From Dehalococcoidia bacterium (lineage in GTDB: Bacteria > Chloroflexota > Dehalococcoidia > Lucifugimonadales > GCA-2712585), in NCBI GenBank assembly GCA_965247585.1, contig CBDFHC010000001.1, positions 17,042 through 81,041 of the forward strand: a stretch of 64,000 nucleotides of DNA, read 5' to 3'. How positions within the stretch are numbered: the first letter of the stretch is position 1; each line of letters starts with the position of its first letter. A program made the translations under genes and the position numbers. The notes beneath the pieces were generated by a model. The model worked only from the letters and a program-made list of their open reading frames with translations, did no database searches and was not told where the DNA came from. Of this stretch, positions 1 to 9,271 are shown in pieces.

Positions 1-97
1 GCCGGAGCAACCATTGACTGGAGATTCTCCACTGTGGACGCCCGAGTCAAGCTTCACCATCTCTATCCTGCCAACAATTAGGTTGACTGAGTACTAG
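1..97 (+). mobile_element. Window-truncated 3' end of a second IS630-family copy
   Basis: 1..97 is the exact reverse complement of 773..869. Frame 1 (1..81) reads AGATIDWRFSTVDARVKLHHLYPANN*, identical to the C-terminus of the transposase ORF 789..1436. It ends with the same 16-nt terminal repeat GTTGACTGAGTACTAG (82..97). Confidence 0.9.
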
Positions 98-772
98 GAC
101 CGTTGGAGTCGAGCTCCACGAATTGGTCGCCAAATTGGGGAGCCCCTGCGCGGTTGTCCTGTATCTCAATCCCAGTTCCCCTGGAGCCTGGTGACAGTGT
201 CCACCCAGGTAGGCTCCCGAGTATCCTGAAGCTGACTCTGGGTATGTCGGGTTGCTCAAAGCCTCCGTTGACTACAAGCTCGGTTCCCGGTGCTGGAGGC
301 GGTGAGCCACCGGTATCAGAGGAGTCGAATGTCAGAGAAGGCTCGACCGCCAGGGCAAGGATTTCTTGAATAGAGAGAACTCGGCCGTAGACTCGCAACT
401 CGTCGAAGGAGCCCACCGGAGAGAATCTGCTGACCCTGAACACCAGGGAGCGCCCCCAGCTTGAAGGGGTTGCCATTGTTGATGTCGGTAACGCCTGGTG
501 AATTGGCACTATCCACCCGAGCTCCATCGTTGATGTCGGTAACGCCTGGTGAATTGGCACTATCCACCCGAGCTCCATCAATGTACAGGTTGAGGGCCGT
601 GCCTTGACGGGTTACAGCTAAATGGTGCCACTGGCCATCGTTGAGGCCGGGACCACTCTTCACAGCCCCGAAATTAGCGCAACCAACCTCGCTCAGCTCA
701 ACCGAGATGGCGCCATCAGGACCGCTTTCGTGGTTACCCGTCATCCTCATTGCGAAGAAGTTGCCACAGCTA
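98..772 (-). pseudogene. Decayed LamG (laminin-G/concanavalin-like) domain protein gene, cut at both ends by IS630 copies
   Basis: Two overlapping minus-strand ORFs (316..750 and 78..581) carry consecutive parts of one protein. The first gives ..DGQWHHLAVTRQGTALNLYIDGARVDS.. The second, in another frame, gives ..GSFDELRVYGRVLSIQEI.. (LamG-type text), followed by a second domain ..ELVVNGGFEQP..GWT..IEIQDN..GDQFVELDSNG. Joining them needs a frameshift around 430-470. There is no N-terminus (IS at 773), and the C-terminal reading runs into the IS end at 97. Confidence 0.75.
478..579 (-). repeat. Perfect 51-bp direct tandem duplication (2 copies) inside the LamG pseudogene
   Basis: GTTGATGTCGGTAACGCCTGGTGAATTGGCACTATCCACCCGAGCTCCATC occurs at 478..528 and again at 529..579 without a mismatch. 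It is in-frame (17 codons: DGARVDSANSPGVTDIN twice). Confidence 0.95.
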
Positions 773-788
773 CTAGTACTCAGTCAAC

Positions 789-1436
789 CTAATTGTTGGC
801 AGGATAGAGATGGTGAAGCTTGACTCGGGCGTCCACAGTGGAGAATCTCCAGTCAATGGTTGCTCCGGCTTGGTTTCGTTCTGCCTCCAGGGCCGCGATC
901 TCGCCACTCAAAGTCTCTTCATCGGCAATACGCCGGCGCAGGACTCGCCTGGCCAAGACACTGAACTCGATCTCTGCCATGTTGAGCCACCTACCGTGCT
1001 TGGGAGTGTAGTGAAACTCCAAGCGTTTGCGTATTCGCCTAGCCTCCTTGGGCTCGAAGGTTTCGTAGAGGGAAGCTGGTTTGTGGGTGTTGAGGTTGTC
1101 CAGCACCACCCGGATCTTCTCGGACGCTGGGTAAGCTTCATCGGCCAGCCACCGCATCTGCTGAGCGAAGTCCACCATGGTACGACGTTCGGTCACTGCC
1201 ACATGCCTCCAGCCCGCCAGGGGCTCGCACAGCATGAACAGGTTTCGGGTGCCATTGCGCTGGTACTCGTAATCGTATCGCTCCCGTCGTGCCGGCTTGG
1301 GCGGGATCGGAGACCTCTTTTCCGCCAGCAACTGCTTGGAGGTCTCGTCGAAACAGACCACCGGGCGCTCTGGGTCATAGGGTTCCGCGTAAAGGTCCAG
1401 CACATCCTCCATACACGCCACAAACTCGGCGCTCAC
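789..1436 (-). CDS. IS630-family transposase, DDE catalytic part (orfB)
   Basis: 215-aa ORF with ..VVCFDETSK.., ..YEYQRNGTRNLF.., ..VLDNLNTHK.. and ..YTPKHGRWLNMAEIEFSVL.. (DDE_3 / IS630 signature text). Confidence 0.9.
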   Translation of the reverse strand: MSAEFVACMEDVLDLYAEPYDPERPVVCFDETSKQLLAEKRSPIPPKPARRERYDYEYQRNGTRNLFMLCEPLAGWRHVAVTERRTMVDFAQQMRWLADEAYPASEKIRVVLDNLNTHKPASLYETFEPKEARRIRKRLEFHYTPKHGRWLNMAEIEFSVLARRVLRRRIADEETLSGEIAALEAERNQAGATIDWRFSTVDARVKLHHLYPANN

Positions 1437-1912
1437 CTGGGGAATACACCACTCCTTCTTCTGCCACGGCTTGAGACTGTTTTTTTCAACCGCTTGCGAA
1501 TTCCCTCGTGGGACATGGAGGGCGCCAGCCCCAACTCCACCACCTTGTTTGCCAGGAGCCGCAGGGTCCAGTGGTCATGGCCTGGAGGGGCCTCGCTGCA
1601 CGCCAGGGCAATCAGGTGCGCTTCCCCCCGCTCATCCAGTTTGGTCGGATGTCCTGGCCGAGGATCTTCCTCCAAGGCCCGCTTCAGTCCTCCCTCCAGG
1701 TACCGCCGCTTGGTACGGCACACCGTACCCGCAGACGTGTCCAGCGCCTCCACGATGCGCATCACCCCCCAGCCCGTATCTGCCTTTAGCAGAATACGGG
1801 CCCGGGCAACCTTTCGCGCTGGGCTCTTTCCCCCGCGAATCAGTCGTTCCAACTGGTCTCGTTCTTCCCTTTCCAACCGGACCACATACCGTTCTCGTCC
1901 CATGGCTGCCAC
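1433..1912 (-). CDS. IS630-family transposase, N-terminal helix-turn-helix part (orfA)
   Basis: 159-aa ORF with ..LERLIRGGKSPARKVARARILLKADTGWG.. and ..RYLEGGL..RPGHPTKLD.., typical of the DNA-binding half of IS630 transposases. Its TGA overlaps the GTG of the next ORF (GTGA at 1433..1436), compatible with coupling or a programmed frameshift. Confidence 0.85.
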   Translation of the reverse strand: MAAMGRERYVVRLEREERDQLERLIRGGKSPARKVARARILLKADTGWGVMRIVEALDTSAGTVCRTKRRYLEGGLKRALEEDPRPGHPTKLDERGEAHLIALACSEAPPGHDHWTLRLLANKVVELGLAPSMSHEGIRKRLKKTVSSRGRRRSGVFPR

Positions 1913-2120
1913 CCTCCTACGTCAACACTCCTAAAAAAGGGTAGCAACCTTAGACGTTTTCTTAAACAATTACCAAAACCGAGTTGACTGAGTACTAGCT
2001 GGGGGTGGAGCGTTGGGAGGTGAGGGTGTAGGCTGGAGCCTCGGAGGGTGGGGAATGGAGGGAGGGGCCGGTCCGAGTGATTTGAAGTCTGGCGGCGAGA
2101 TTTTGGTTGACAGAGGGTAG

Positions 2121-4196
2121 ATGGTGTACACGGTAGCGATTGATGTAGGCGGGACGTTCACTGACCTGGTGATGTCCGATGGCGAGGGACGGATAAATTT
2201 GTTCAAGGCACCGACGGTGCCGGAGGCCCCGGTGGAGGGGGTGCTGAGTGCGCTGGAGATGGCGTCGAAGCACTACGGTGTGGGGTTGGCGGAGTTCCTG
2301 GGAAACACGTCGGCGCTGGTACACGGGACGACGGTGGCGACGAACGCGGTGCTGACCGGCACCACCGCCAAAACAGGGCTGATTATCAACCGGGGGTACG
2401 AAGACCTGCTGCTGATTGGATTGGGTTCGAAGGGGAAGGCGGCGGAGGATATGTTTCGGTCGCACATGGCGTACCCGGAGCCGTTCATACCCCGGTATTT
2501 GACGGCGGGGATTGCGGGAAGGATAAACGCGGAGGGGGTTGTGGAGACGCCTTTGGACGAGGAGGACGTTAGGGCGGCGGTGGAACAGATGAAAAGGTAT
2601 GCGGTGGAGGCTGTGGCGATATGCGTGCTGTGGTCGCCGGTAAACCCGGAGCATGAAAAGAGGATAGCGGAGATCGTGAGCGAAGGGCTGCCTGGGATGC
2701 CGTATTCGATCAGTAGCGAAGTGAACCCGGTGATTCGGGAATACGAGCGGACTTCGACGACGGCGATAGACGCGGCGCTAAAGCCGCGGTTCTCCAGGTA
2801 CGCGCTGGAGCTGGAGAGGAGGCTGGCGGACCGAGGGTACGGCGGGGACTTGCTGATGATTAACTCCAACGGCGGGGTGATGAGGGCGGACGAGCTGGCG
2901 GCGCTGCCGATATACGCGATCAAGAGCGGTCCCAGTATAGGGCCGTCGGCGGGGCTGGCGCTGTCGGAGCGGGAAGGGCTGGGGAGCAACGTTTTGGTGT
3001 GCGACATGGGAGGGACGAGCTTCGATGCGTCGCTGGTGACGGAGGGGAGAGTGGTGTCGACGACGGACAACGAGGTGGGGCCGTACCACTACAATGTGTC
3101 GTGCGTGGAGGTGAACAGCATAGGCGCGGGCGGGGGAAGCATTGCCAGGGTGGACCCGGGGGGGCTGTTGCACGTGGGGCCGGAGAGCGCCGGGGCGTCG
3201 CCGGGGCCAGCGTGTTACGGGCTTGGAGGGGAGGCGCCGACGGTGACGGACGCCAACGTGGTGTTGGGGTATCTGAATCCTGACTACTTCCTGGGCGGGG
3301 CGATGAAGATAGACGCCAGGCTTGCGGAGGAGGCTATCAGGGAGAAGCTGGGGAAGCCGTTGGGGATGGACGCGGTGCAGGCGGCGAGCCTGGTGTACGC
3401 GGTGGTGAACCAGTCGATGGTGAAGGGGTTGGAGGAGGTGAGCATTCGAAGGGGGATTGACCCCAGGGAGTACCTGCTGGTGGCGGGAGGAGGGGCGTGC
3501 GCGATGCACGTGATACCGATTGCCCAGGAGCTGGGGGTGAGCCGGGTATTGATACCTAGGATGGCGGCGGGGCTGTGCGCCTACGGGACGCTGTTCGGTG
3601 AGATGATATTTCAGAGGTCGCGAGGGGTGATTACCCGGAGCGACGGGTTCGAATTCGAGCGGGTTAACGCGGCGATGGCGGGGTTGGAGGAGGAGGGAAG
3701 CAGCTTCCTGGAGAGGGCGGGGATTCCGCCGGACATGCGGAGGTTGGAGTTCAGCATGGCGGCGAGGTACCCGTACCAGGCGTGGGAGATTGAGGTACCG
3801 CTGCCGTGGGACCGGATCACGGCGGAGCGGTTGCCGGAGATGGTGGAGCTGTTCCACCAGACGCACGACGGGAGGCACGGATTCCGGGTGGACCACGCGG
3901 TGGAGTGCGTGAGCCTGACGGTGAAGGCGGTGGGCAGGAGGCCGCAGGTGAGGTTGGCGGAGGAGGAGCGGAGCGGAGGGGACGTAAAGGCGGCGATAAA
4001 GGGAGAGCGGCCGACATACTCGGTGGAGGGGAGGGAGTTTGTGAAGACGACGGTGTACGCCGGGGAGCGGCTGCGCTACGGAGACAGGGTTGAGGGGCCG
4101 GCGATTGTGGAGGAGCCACAGACCACGGTGGTGGTGCCTTCCGGGTACCAGGCCTCGGTGACGAAGCTGGGGAACTATCTGTTGGAGCCGCGGTGA
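2121..4196 (+). CDS. Hydantoinase/oxoprolinase family protein, A (HyuA-type) subunit, copy 1
   Basis: 691 aa. N-terminus is MVYTVAIDVGGTFTDLV. Also ..CDMGGTSFDASLV.. and ..NSIGAGGGSIARVDPGGLLHVGPESAGASPGPACYGLGGEAPTVTDANVVLG.., all hallmark blocks of the HyuA/oxoprolinase family. Confidence 0.9.
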   Translation: MVYTVAIDVGGTFTDLVMSDGEGRINLFKAPTVPEAPVEGVLSALEMASKHYGVGLAEFLGNTSALVHGTTVATNAVLTGTTAKTGLIINRGYEDLLLIGLGSKGKAAEDMFRSHMAYPEPFIPRYLTAGIAGRINAEGVVETPLDEEDVRAAVEQMKRYAVEAVAICVLWSPVNPEHEKRIAEIVSEGLPGMPYSISSEVNPVIREYERTSTTAIDAALKPRFSRYALELERRLADRGYGGDLLMINSNGGVMRADELAALPIYAIKSGPSIGPSAGLALSEREGLGSNVLVCDMGGTSFDASLVTEGRVVSTTDNEVGPYHYNVSCVEVNSIGAGGGSIARVDPGGLLHVGPESAGASPGPACYGLGGEAPTVTDANVVLGYLNPDYFLGGAMKIDARLAEEAIREKLGKPLGMDAVQAASLVYAVVNQSMVKGLEEVSIRRGIDPREYLLVAGGGACAMHVIPIAQELGVSRVLIPRMAAGLCAYGTLFGEMIFQRSRGVITRSDGFEFERVNAAMAGLEEEGSSFLERAGIPPDMRRLEFSMAARYPYQAWEIEVPLPWDRITAERLPEMVELFHQTHDGRHGFRVDHAVECVSLTVKAVGRRPQVRLAEEERSGGDVKAAIKGERPTYSVEGREFVKTTVYAGERLRYGDRVEGPAIVEEPQTTVVVPSGYQASVTKLGNYLLEPR

Positions 4197-4220
4197 GGGG
4201 GGGTGGATGGAGGAGATGAG

Positions 4221-4541
4221 CGATGGGTGTTACTGTCACAAGGGGTTGCGAATCACAGTTTGGTGGCGCCCACCCACGACCGCCCAAGAAGGTTTTTACT
4301 CCTGAGGGACACCCTTAGACTCCCGGCAGAGGAGGTATTCCCCCTTGGCGCGTGTCTTTCAAGGGACAATGTATCTATTATCGAGGGAATCCCGAATGCC
4401 GGTTGATAGCGGCACCGCCAGGGATGAAAATCGAGGCTGAGATTGACGGCAGTAGGCGCCAAGGTAGGACTTGCTCTCCCTCCACACCCAGATTCTTGGA
4501 TCCTCACGGGCTGACTCAGAATGACATGGTAGGAGGGTTGG
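4221..4541 (+). repeat. Intergenic mosaic repeat, modules A + C + B
   Basis: Contains GCGAATCACAGTTTGGTGGCGCCCACCC..AAGAAGGTTTTT..CTGAGGGACACCCTTAGACTCCCGGCAG, then ATGCCGGTTGATAGCGGCACCGCCAGGGATGAAAATCGAGGCTG, then ..CACCCAGATTCTTGGATCCTCACGGGCTGACTCAGAATGACATGG. The same modules recur at more than 20 other loci. Confidence 0.85.
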
Positions 4542-4628
4542 ACCGGGGATGGGGTGACGTGGGAATCCGTTCGAGGCAGGATGGGGTGCTATGTTCGAGG
4601 GGATCTTTGTAAGGAGGTTGGAGGAGCG

Positions 4629-6410
4629 ATGAGTGAAAAGCTGGACCCGATTGTTTTCGTGACGCTGGCGAACCGGATGGACGCCATAGTACGAGAGGCG
4701 ATGCAGACGTGCATACAAAGCTCGCGCTCAGCAGTGATCCAGGCGCGGGACCTCTCGGCGTCGATCTGCGACGCCAAGGGGCGGCTGGTGAGCATAGCGC
4801 AGGGGCTGCCGATCCACGTGCTGACTTCGAACATGGCGGTGGAACCGCTGCCGAAGCTGTTCGACGACATAGCGCCGGGGGACTGTTTTCTGAACAACAG
4901 TCCGTTCCATGGGGCAGGGCACCATGCGGACTATACGTTCTGCACGCCGGTTTTCTTTGGGGAGCGGCTGATGTTCTGGGCCTTGCTTCGGGCGCACCAA
5001 GCGGACACGGGGGCGCCGGTGCCGACGGTGTACCTGCCGATGGCGAAGGATGTGTATGAGGAGGGGTTGCATTGGCCCTGCGTGAGGGTGCAGCGGGACT
5101 ACAAGAACCTTTCGGACGTGCTTCGAATAGGGACGTCAAACATACGGGTGCCGGAGAACTGGTATGGGGACTTCGCGGCGGCGGTGGGTTCGACGAGAAT
5201 AGCGGAGCGAAGGCTGGTGTCGCTGACGGAGAAGTACGGCGCGGAGAGCATGGAGCAATTCGTAGAGGAATGGCTGGAGTACGGCAGCCGCCGGATGGTG
5301 GAGGAGATTAAAACGCTGCCGGAGGGGACGTACGAAAACGAGACGACGCTGGACCCGCTGCCCTTCGCGCCGGAGGGGATTACGGTGAAGATAAAGCTGA
5401 CGATTGACCACGCGGCCGGGGAGATGGTGGTGGACCTGACGGAGAACCCGGACCAGTTTGAGGCGGGGATCAACCTGACGGAAGCGACATCCAAGGCGTC
5501 AGTGATGGAGGGGATATTCTGGTGCCTGGACCCGACGCTGCCGCACAACAGCGGGGCGTTCGACCGGGTGCGGTTCAAGCTGAGGGTGGGAAGCATCACG
5601 GGCATCCCGGTGGCGCCGGTGGGGACATCGGTGGCGACGGACTTCACGGCGGACCGGATGGCGAGTTGCGCCATAGCGCTGATGGCCAAGGTGGACCCGA
5701 ACAAGGGTGGAGGTGAGGGGGGTTATGTCAACTGGGGCGAGCCGGTGCTTTCGGGGAAGGACTACCGGCACGATAACGCGCCTTACGTGGACCAGATCAT
5801 CATCCCCGGGGTGTTGGCGGGCGGCGGCCCCGGCGTGAGGGGGTACGACGGCTGGGTGACGTGGATGATTGGGGCGTGCATGGGGAACTCGTGGACGACG
5901 TCTGTGGAGCTGTGGGAGAAGAACTACCCGCACGTGGTGGAGTGCGGCGCGATGATTATGCCGGACTCGGCGGGGGCGGGGGAGTTCAACGGTGGCCCCG
6001 GGGGAAGGGTGGTGACGAGGGCGCGAGGAAACTCGACGCTGGCGGCGGGGTTCGGGGATGGGAAGGTGTTCCCGCCCAAGGGGGTGCTGGGAGGGGAGAG
6101 CGGCGCAGGGAACCAAGGTCACATCCTGGACGAGAGGGGTGAGAGGGTGCAGGAGCTGCCGATGGTGGGGATCTTCGAGGTGAAGGCCGGGCAGGCGCTG
6201 GAGGGTGTGGTGGCGGGGGGCGGGGGCTACGGGGACCCGCTGGACCGTGAGCCGGAGCGGGTGAGGCAGGACGTCCGGAGGGGATGGGTGACGGCGGAGA
6301 AGGCCCGCCGGACGTACGGGGTGGTGCTGGACCTGGGGCCGGAGCTTTTCGCGGTGGATGAGGAGGAGACCAGGAAGCTGCGGGACGAGATGCGGAGGGG
6401 GAGGGTGTAG
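4629..6410 (+). CDS. Hydantoinase/oxoprolinase family protein, B (HyuB-type) subunit, copy 1
   Basis: ..DPIVFVTLANRMDAIVREAMQTCIQSSRSAVIQARDLSASICD.. and C-terminal ..GGGGYGDPLDREPERVRQDVRRGWVTAEKARRTYGVV.. are HyuB-family blocks. ATG 4629 follows AGGAGG. The ORF-track start at 4554 lies inside the repeat. Confidence 0.9.
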   Translation: MSEKLDPIVFVTLANRMDAIVREAMQTCIQSSRSAVIQARDLSASICDAKGRLVSIAQGLPIHVLTSNMAVEPLPKLFDDIAPGDCFLNNSPFHGAGHHADYTFCTPVFFGERLMFWALLRAHQADTGAPVPTVYLPMAKDVYEEGLHWPCVRVQRDYKNLSDVLRIGTSNIRVPENWYGDFAAAVGSTRIAERRLVSLTEKYGAESMEQFVEEWLEYGSRRMVEEIKTLPEGTYENETTLDPLPFAPEGITVKIKLTIDHAAGEMVVDLTENPDQFEAGINLTEATSKASVMEGIFWCLDPTLPHNSGAFDRVRFKLRVGSITGIPVAPVGTSVATDFTADRMASCAIALMAKVDPNKGGGEGGYVNWGEPVLSGKDYRHDNAPYVDQIIIPGVLAGGGPGVRGYDGWVTWMIGACMGNSWTTSVELWEKNYPHVVECGAMIMPDSAGAGEFNGGPGGRVVTRARGNSTLAAGFGDGKVFPPKGVLGGESGAGNQGHILDERGERVQELPMVGIFEVKAGQALEGVVAGGGGYGDPLDREPERVRQDVRRGWVTAEKARRTYGVVLDLGPELFAVDEEETRKLRDEMRRGRV

Positions 6411-6439
6411 GGGGCGTTTGGCGCGACACCGGCTCGGCT

Positions 6440-6765
6440 GTATGGGCTCGTCGTTCTAGGGGCTCAGGATGAGCGGGTTGGGCGCGGAGATAGGGTGTAT
6501 TAGGACCGTCTCCAGAACCCCTCAGGAGGAGCTGGAATGGAAGGGACCAGATGCTATTGGAGAGGTAATCAGGCATAGCGAGGGGATCAGGGCACTACAG
6601 AGGATTGAAAATCATAGGTTGGTGTTACCCACTCACCCGCCCCGAAAGGTTTAAAAAAGTTTTTCTGAGGGACACCGTCAGACGCCCGCCAAAGGGGGAC
6701 AACCCCCTCTGGACTCTCCCTGGCAGGAGTTCTGCACGGGACGATGTATCGATTTCTGAGAAAAC
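6440..6765 (+). repeat. Intergenic mosaic repeat, modules D + A
   Basis: GTATGGGCTCGTCGTTCTAGGGGCTCAGGATGAGCGGGTTGG.. followed by ..AAAATCATAGGTTGGTGTTACCCACTCACCCGCCCCGAAAGGTTT..CTGAGGGACACCGTCAGACGCCCGCCAAAGGGGGACAACCCCCTCTGGACTCTCCC. Confidence 0.85.
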
Positions 6766-6871
6766 ATCAGCAGACGCTGATCTTCCTTAGATTTGCCTAC
6801 GGCACGGCGTCAGACGGTAAGATGGAGGGCGAGCCAGGTGGAGGCGAAAGTAGTACATGCAGGAGCGTGGA

Positions 6872-7933
6872 ATGAATAGTCCGGTTAGAACGGTGCTGGT
6901 GGGCCTGGGCGCCAGGGGGAAGAAGTGGGCGAGGGTGTTGCACGACGAGGAGCAGTGCCAGACGGTGGGGTATGTGGACCTGGCGGAGTCGAACCTGGAA
7001 TGGGCGCAGTCGATGTACGAGGCCCAGCCGGAGAGCTGCTACGAGGATATGGAGCAGGCGCTGCAGGAGCTGAAGCCGGACTTTGTGGTGCTAGCGACGC
7101 CGCCGATGGACCGGTTCAGGGAGGTGATGAAGGTGTTTGAGCACGGCGCGCATCTGCTATCGGAGAAACCGCTGTCGCTGGACTTCGACGAGGGGGTGCG
7201 GATGGTGCAGGCGGCGGAGGAGGCGAAGCTGGCGTTCGCGGTGGGGCTGAACCTTCGGTACCAGCACTGCGTAATGAAGGCGCGGGAGATTCTGCAGAGC
7301 CGGGTGATCGGCGCGCCGCGATTCGGGGGATACACGTACTGGAGGAACCGGGACGGGTACAGCCCGGAACTGAACCGGTTCCCGCTTTCGATGCGGCAGC
7401 CGATGCTGTACGAGCAGACGATCCACCACATAGATGAGATACGGTTCGTGTATGACGCGGAGGTGGAGCGGCTGACGTGCCGGTGTTGGAACCCGCCGTG
7501 GAGCAGTTACCGGGACGACGCGACGGTGATGGCGAGCTTTGAGATGACGGGTGAGCTGCCTGTGCATTACTTTGGGACGTGGGCGGGGCACACGAAGGTG
7601 GACCAGTTTTTGTGGCGGACGGACTGCGACGACGGGGCGTTGTTCCAGTACGAGTTCTTTGAGGACTTGAGGATAGTAAGAGGGTCTGAAGGGGGTAGGG
7701 TGGAGCAGGTACCGTTGCCGAAGCAGGAGCTGTTGGTGGACGACACCAGGGCGATGGTGAGCCAGTACCTGGGGGAGCTTTTGGAGGGGAATCTGAATCC
7801 GGAGCCGCAGGCCAGGGAACACCTGAAGACGTTTGGGATTATTGCGGCGTGCGAGGAGTCGAACAGTTCGGGGAGGCCGGTGGAGATGGCCGAGTTTTTT
7901 GAGGAGCATAGGGTGCCGCTGGAGTGGAGGTGA
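6872..7933 (+). CDS. Gfo/Idh/MocA family oxidoreductase
   Basis: N-terminal Rossmann text ..VRTVLVGLGARGKKWA.., and ..HLLSEKPL.. as in Gfo/Idh/MocA enzymes. ATG 6872 has AGGAG 6 nt upstream (alternative in-frame ATG at 6857). Confidence 0.85.
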   Translation: MNSPVRTVLVGLGARGKKWARVLHDEEQCQTVGYVDLAESNLEWAQSMYEAQPESCYEDMEQALQELKPDFVVLATPPMDRFREVMKVFEHGAHLLSEKPLSLDFDEGVRMVQAAEEAKLAFAVGLNLRYQHCVMKAREILQSRVIGAPRFGGYTYWRNRDGYSPELNRFPLSMRQPMLYEQTIHHIDEIRFVYDAEVERLTCRCWNPPWSSYRDDATVMASFEMTGELPVHYFGTWAGHTKVDQFLWRTDCDDGALFQYEFFEDLRIVRGSEGGRVEQVPLPKQELLVDDTRAMVSQYLGELLEGNLNPEPQAREHLKTFGIIAACEESNSSGRPVEMAEFFEEHRVPLEWR

Positions 7934-7964
7934 GGGGGGTTCTAGTTCAGGGGTTAGGACTTGG

Positions 7965-8435
7965 GGTGATGGGTATGGCCACTGCGAAGGGGTTGCGAAT
8001 CGAAGGTTGGTGGTGCCCACCCTCGACCGCCCAGTAAGGTTTTTACCCTTGAGGGGCACCCTCAGACTCCCGGCAGCACCACCCAGGTTCCCTGCACTCG
8101 CCTGTGCGGTTGGAATACAGGTACGGATAATGCAATTTCCAGCGGAATAATGTATGGCTATTGAGAACGGCGCCACCGGGTATGAAAATCGAGGCTGGAA
8201 TGGACGGAAGGGCATGCCAGAGCAAGATGTGTTCTCCCACCACACTCAGATTCCTCGATCCTCACGGGCGGACTCAGAAGGACTTGGTGGGGGGCAGAAT
8301 GGGGTAGGGGCTCGTCCTTCTGAGTCCTCAGGATGAGCGGGTTGGAGGCGTAGGAGGCTTATTTTCATAGGAATGACATGATATTTGAGCGTGCTCTAGT
8401 GGAGGTGAAGTAACATGACCGGAGCTATGGAAACG
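7965..8435 (+). repeat. Intergenic mosaic repeat, modules A + C + B + D + E
   Basis: A full run: ..GCGAATCGAAGGTTGGTGGTGCCCACCC..TTGAGGGGCACCCTCAGACTCCCGGCAG.., GGTATGAAAATCGAGGCTGG, ..CTCAGATTCCTCGATCCTCACGGGCGGACTCAGAAGGAC.., ..GGCTCGTCCTTCTGAGTCCTCAGGATGAGCGGGTTGGAGGCGTAGGAGGCT, TATTTTCATAGGAATGACATG.. Confidence 0.85.
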
Positions 8436-8455
8436 AGGCGAGGAAGGGGTATGGA

Positions 8456-9271
8456 ATGCTGCCAGAGATGAGCCTTGAGGGCAGGGTGACGATTGTGACG
8501 GGGGCGGGCAGGGGGATTGGCCGGGAGATAGCGCTGGTGTTGGCGGAGGCGGGGTCCGATGTTGTGGTGGCCGCGCGGACGACGTCTGAGATTGAGGCGA
8601 CGGCGAGGGAGGTGAGGGCGTTGGGGAGGGAGGCGATGGCGGTGTCGACGGATGTTTGCAAGGCGGCAGAGGTGGATGCGCTGGTGGAGAGGACGGTGGA
8701 GCGGTTCGGGAAGGTGGACGTGATGGTGAACAACGCCGGGCAGCTTCGGCGGCTGGCCACGGTGCCGTTTCCGGACGTGGTGGTGAGGGGTTCGAGGGTC
8801 GACCGGGAGACTATTACCCGGACGACCGACGAAGAGTGGCAAAGTGTGGTGGACGCCAATCTGAACGGGGTGTTCTACTGTTGTCGCGCGGTGGCGCCGC
8901 ACATGATGGAGCGGAGGTACGGGAAGATCATCAACATTAGCTCAAATAACGCGGCGATGGCGATCCCGTTGATGGCGGCGTATAGCTGTAGCAAGGCAGC
9001 GGTGAACATGTTGACCAGGGTGTTGGCGTTGGAGTGGGCGGCGTACAACATTTGCGTGAATGCCATTGGGCCGGGGGATTACGATACGGAGATGACGAGG
9101 CCTTCGTGGGAGGACCCGGAGGGGAGGAGGCGGCATTTAGAAGGGATTCCGCTGCACAGGGAGGGGGACCTGAGGGACCTTGGTGTGCTGGCGGCGTATC
9201 TAGCCAGCCCGGCCTCGGACTATATGACGGGGCAGGTTGTTTACTTGGACGGTGGGATGATGGCGGCGTAG
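8456..9271 (+). CDS. SDR family oxidoreductase
   Basis: 271 aa with TGAGRGIG cofactor motif, NNAG, and the catalytic Y-x3-K (..AAYSCSKAAVNMLT..). Confidence 0.9.
   Translation: MLPEMSLEGRVTIVTGAGRGIGREIALVLAEAGSDVVVAARTTSEIEATAREVRALGREAMAVSTDVCKAAEVDALVERTVERFGKVDVMVNNAGQLRRLATVPFPDVVVRGSRVDRETITRTTDEEWQSVVDANLNGVFYCCRAVAPHMMERRYGKIINISSNNAAMAIPLMAAYSCSKAAVNMLTRVLALEWAAYNICVNAIGPGDYDTEMTRPSWEDPEGRRRHLEGIPLHREGDLRDLGVLAAYLASPASDYMTGQVVYLDGGMMAA

Larger units (their letters stand above)
773..1998 (-). mobile_element. Complete IS630-family insertion sequence (~1.2 kb)
   Basis: 16-bp perfect terminal inverted repeats: CTAGTACTCAGTCAAC (773..788) and GTTGACTGAGTACTAG (1983..1998). If the ends are set at G776/C1995, both flanks are TA (774-775 and 1996-1997), the IS630/Tc1-mariner target duplication. 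It contains two overlapping transposase ORFs. Confidence 0.9.

Noticed and set aside
810-1934. 374-aa plus-strand ORF across the IS630 element. Similar long antisense or off-frame ORFs are 1995..2654, 2778..3896, 7157..8245, 13613..14644, 56302..57270, 58086..59459, 60007..60870 and 61716..62825.
   Set aside because: All lie antisense to, or out of frame with, genes that have clear family signatures. Their translations are Arg/Pro/Gly/His-rich low-complexity text, typical of stop-poor alternative frames in GC-rich DNA.
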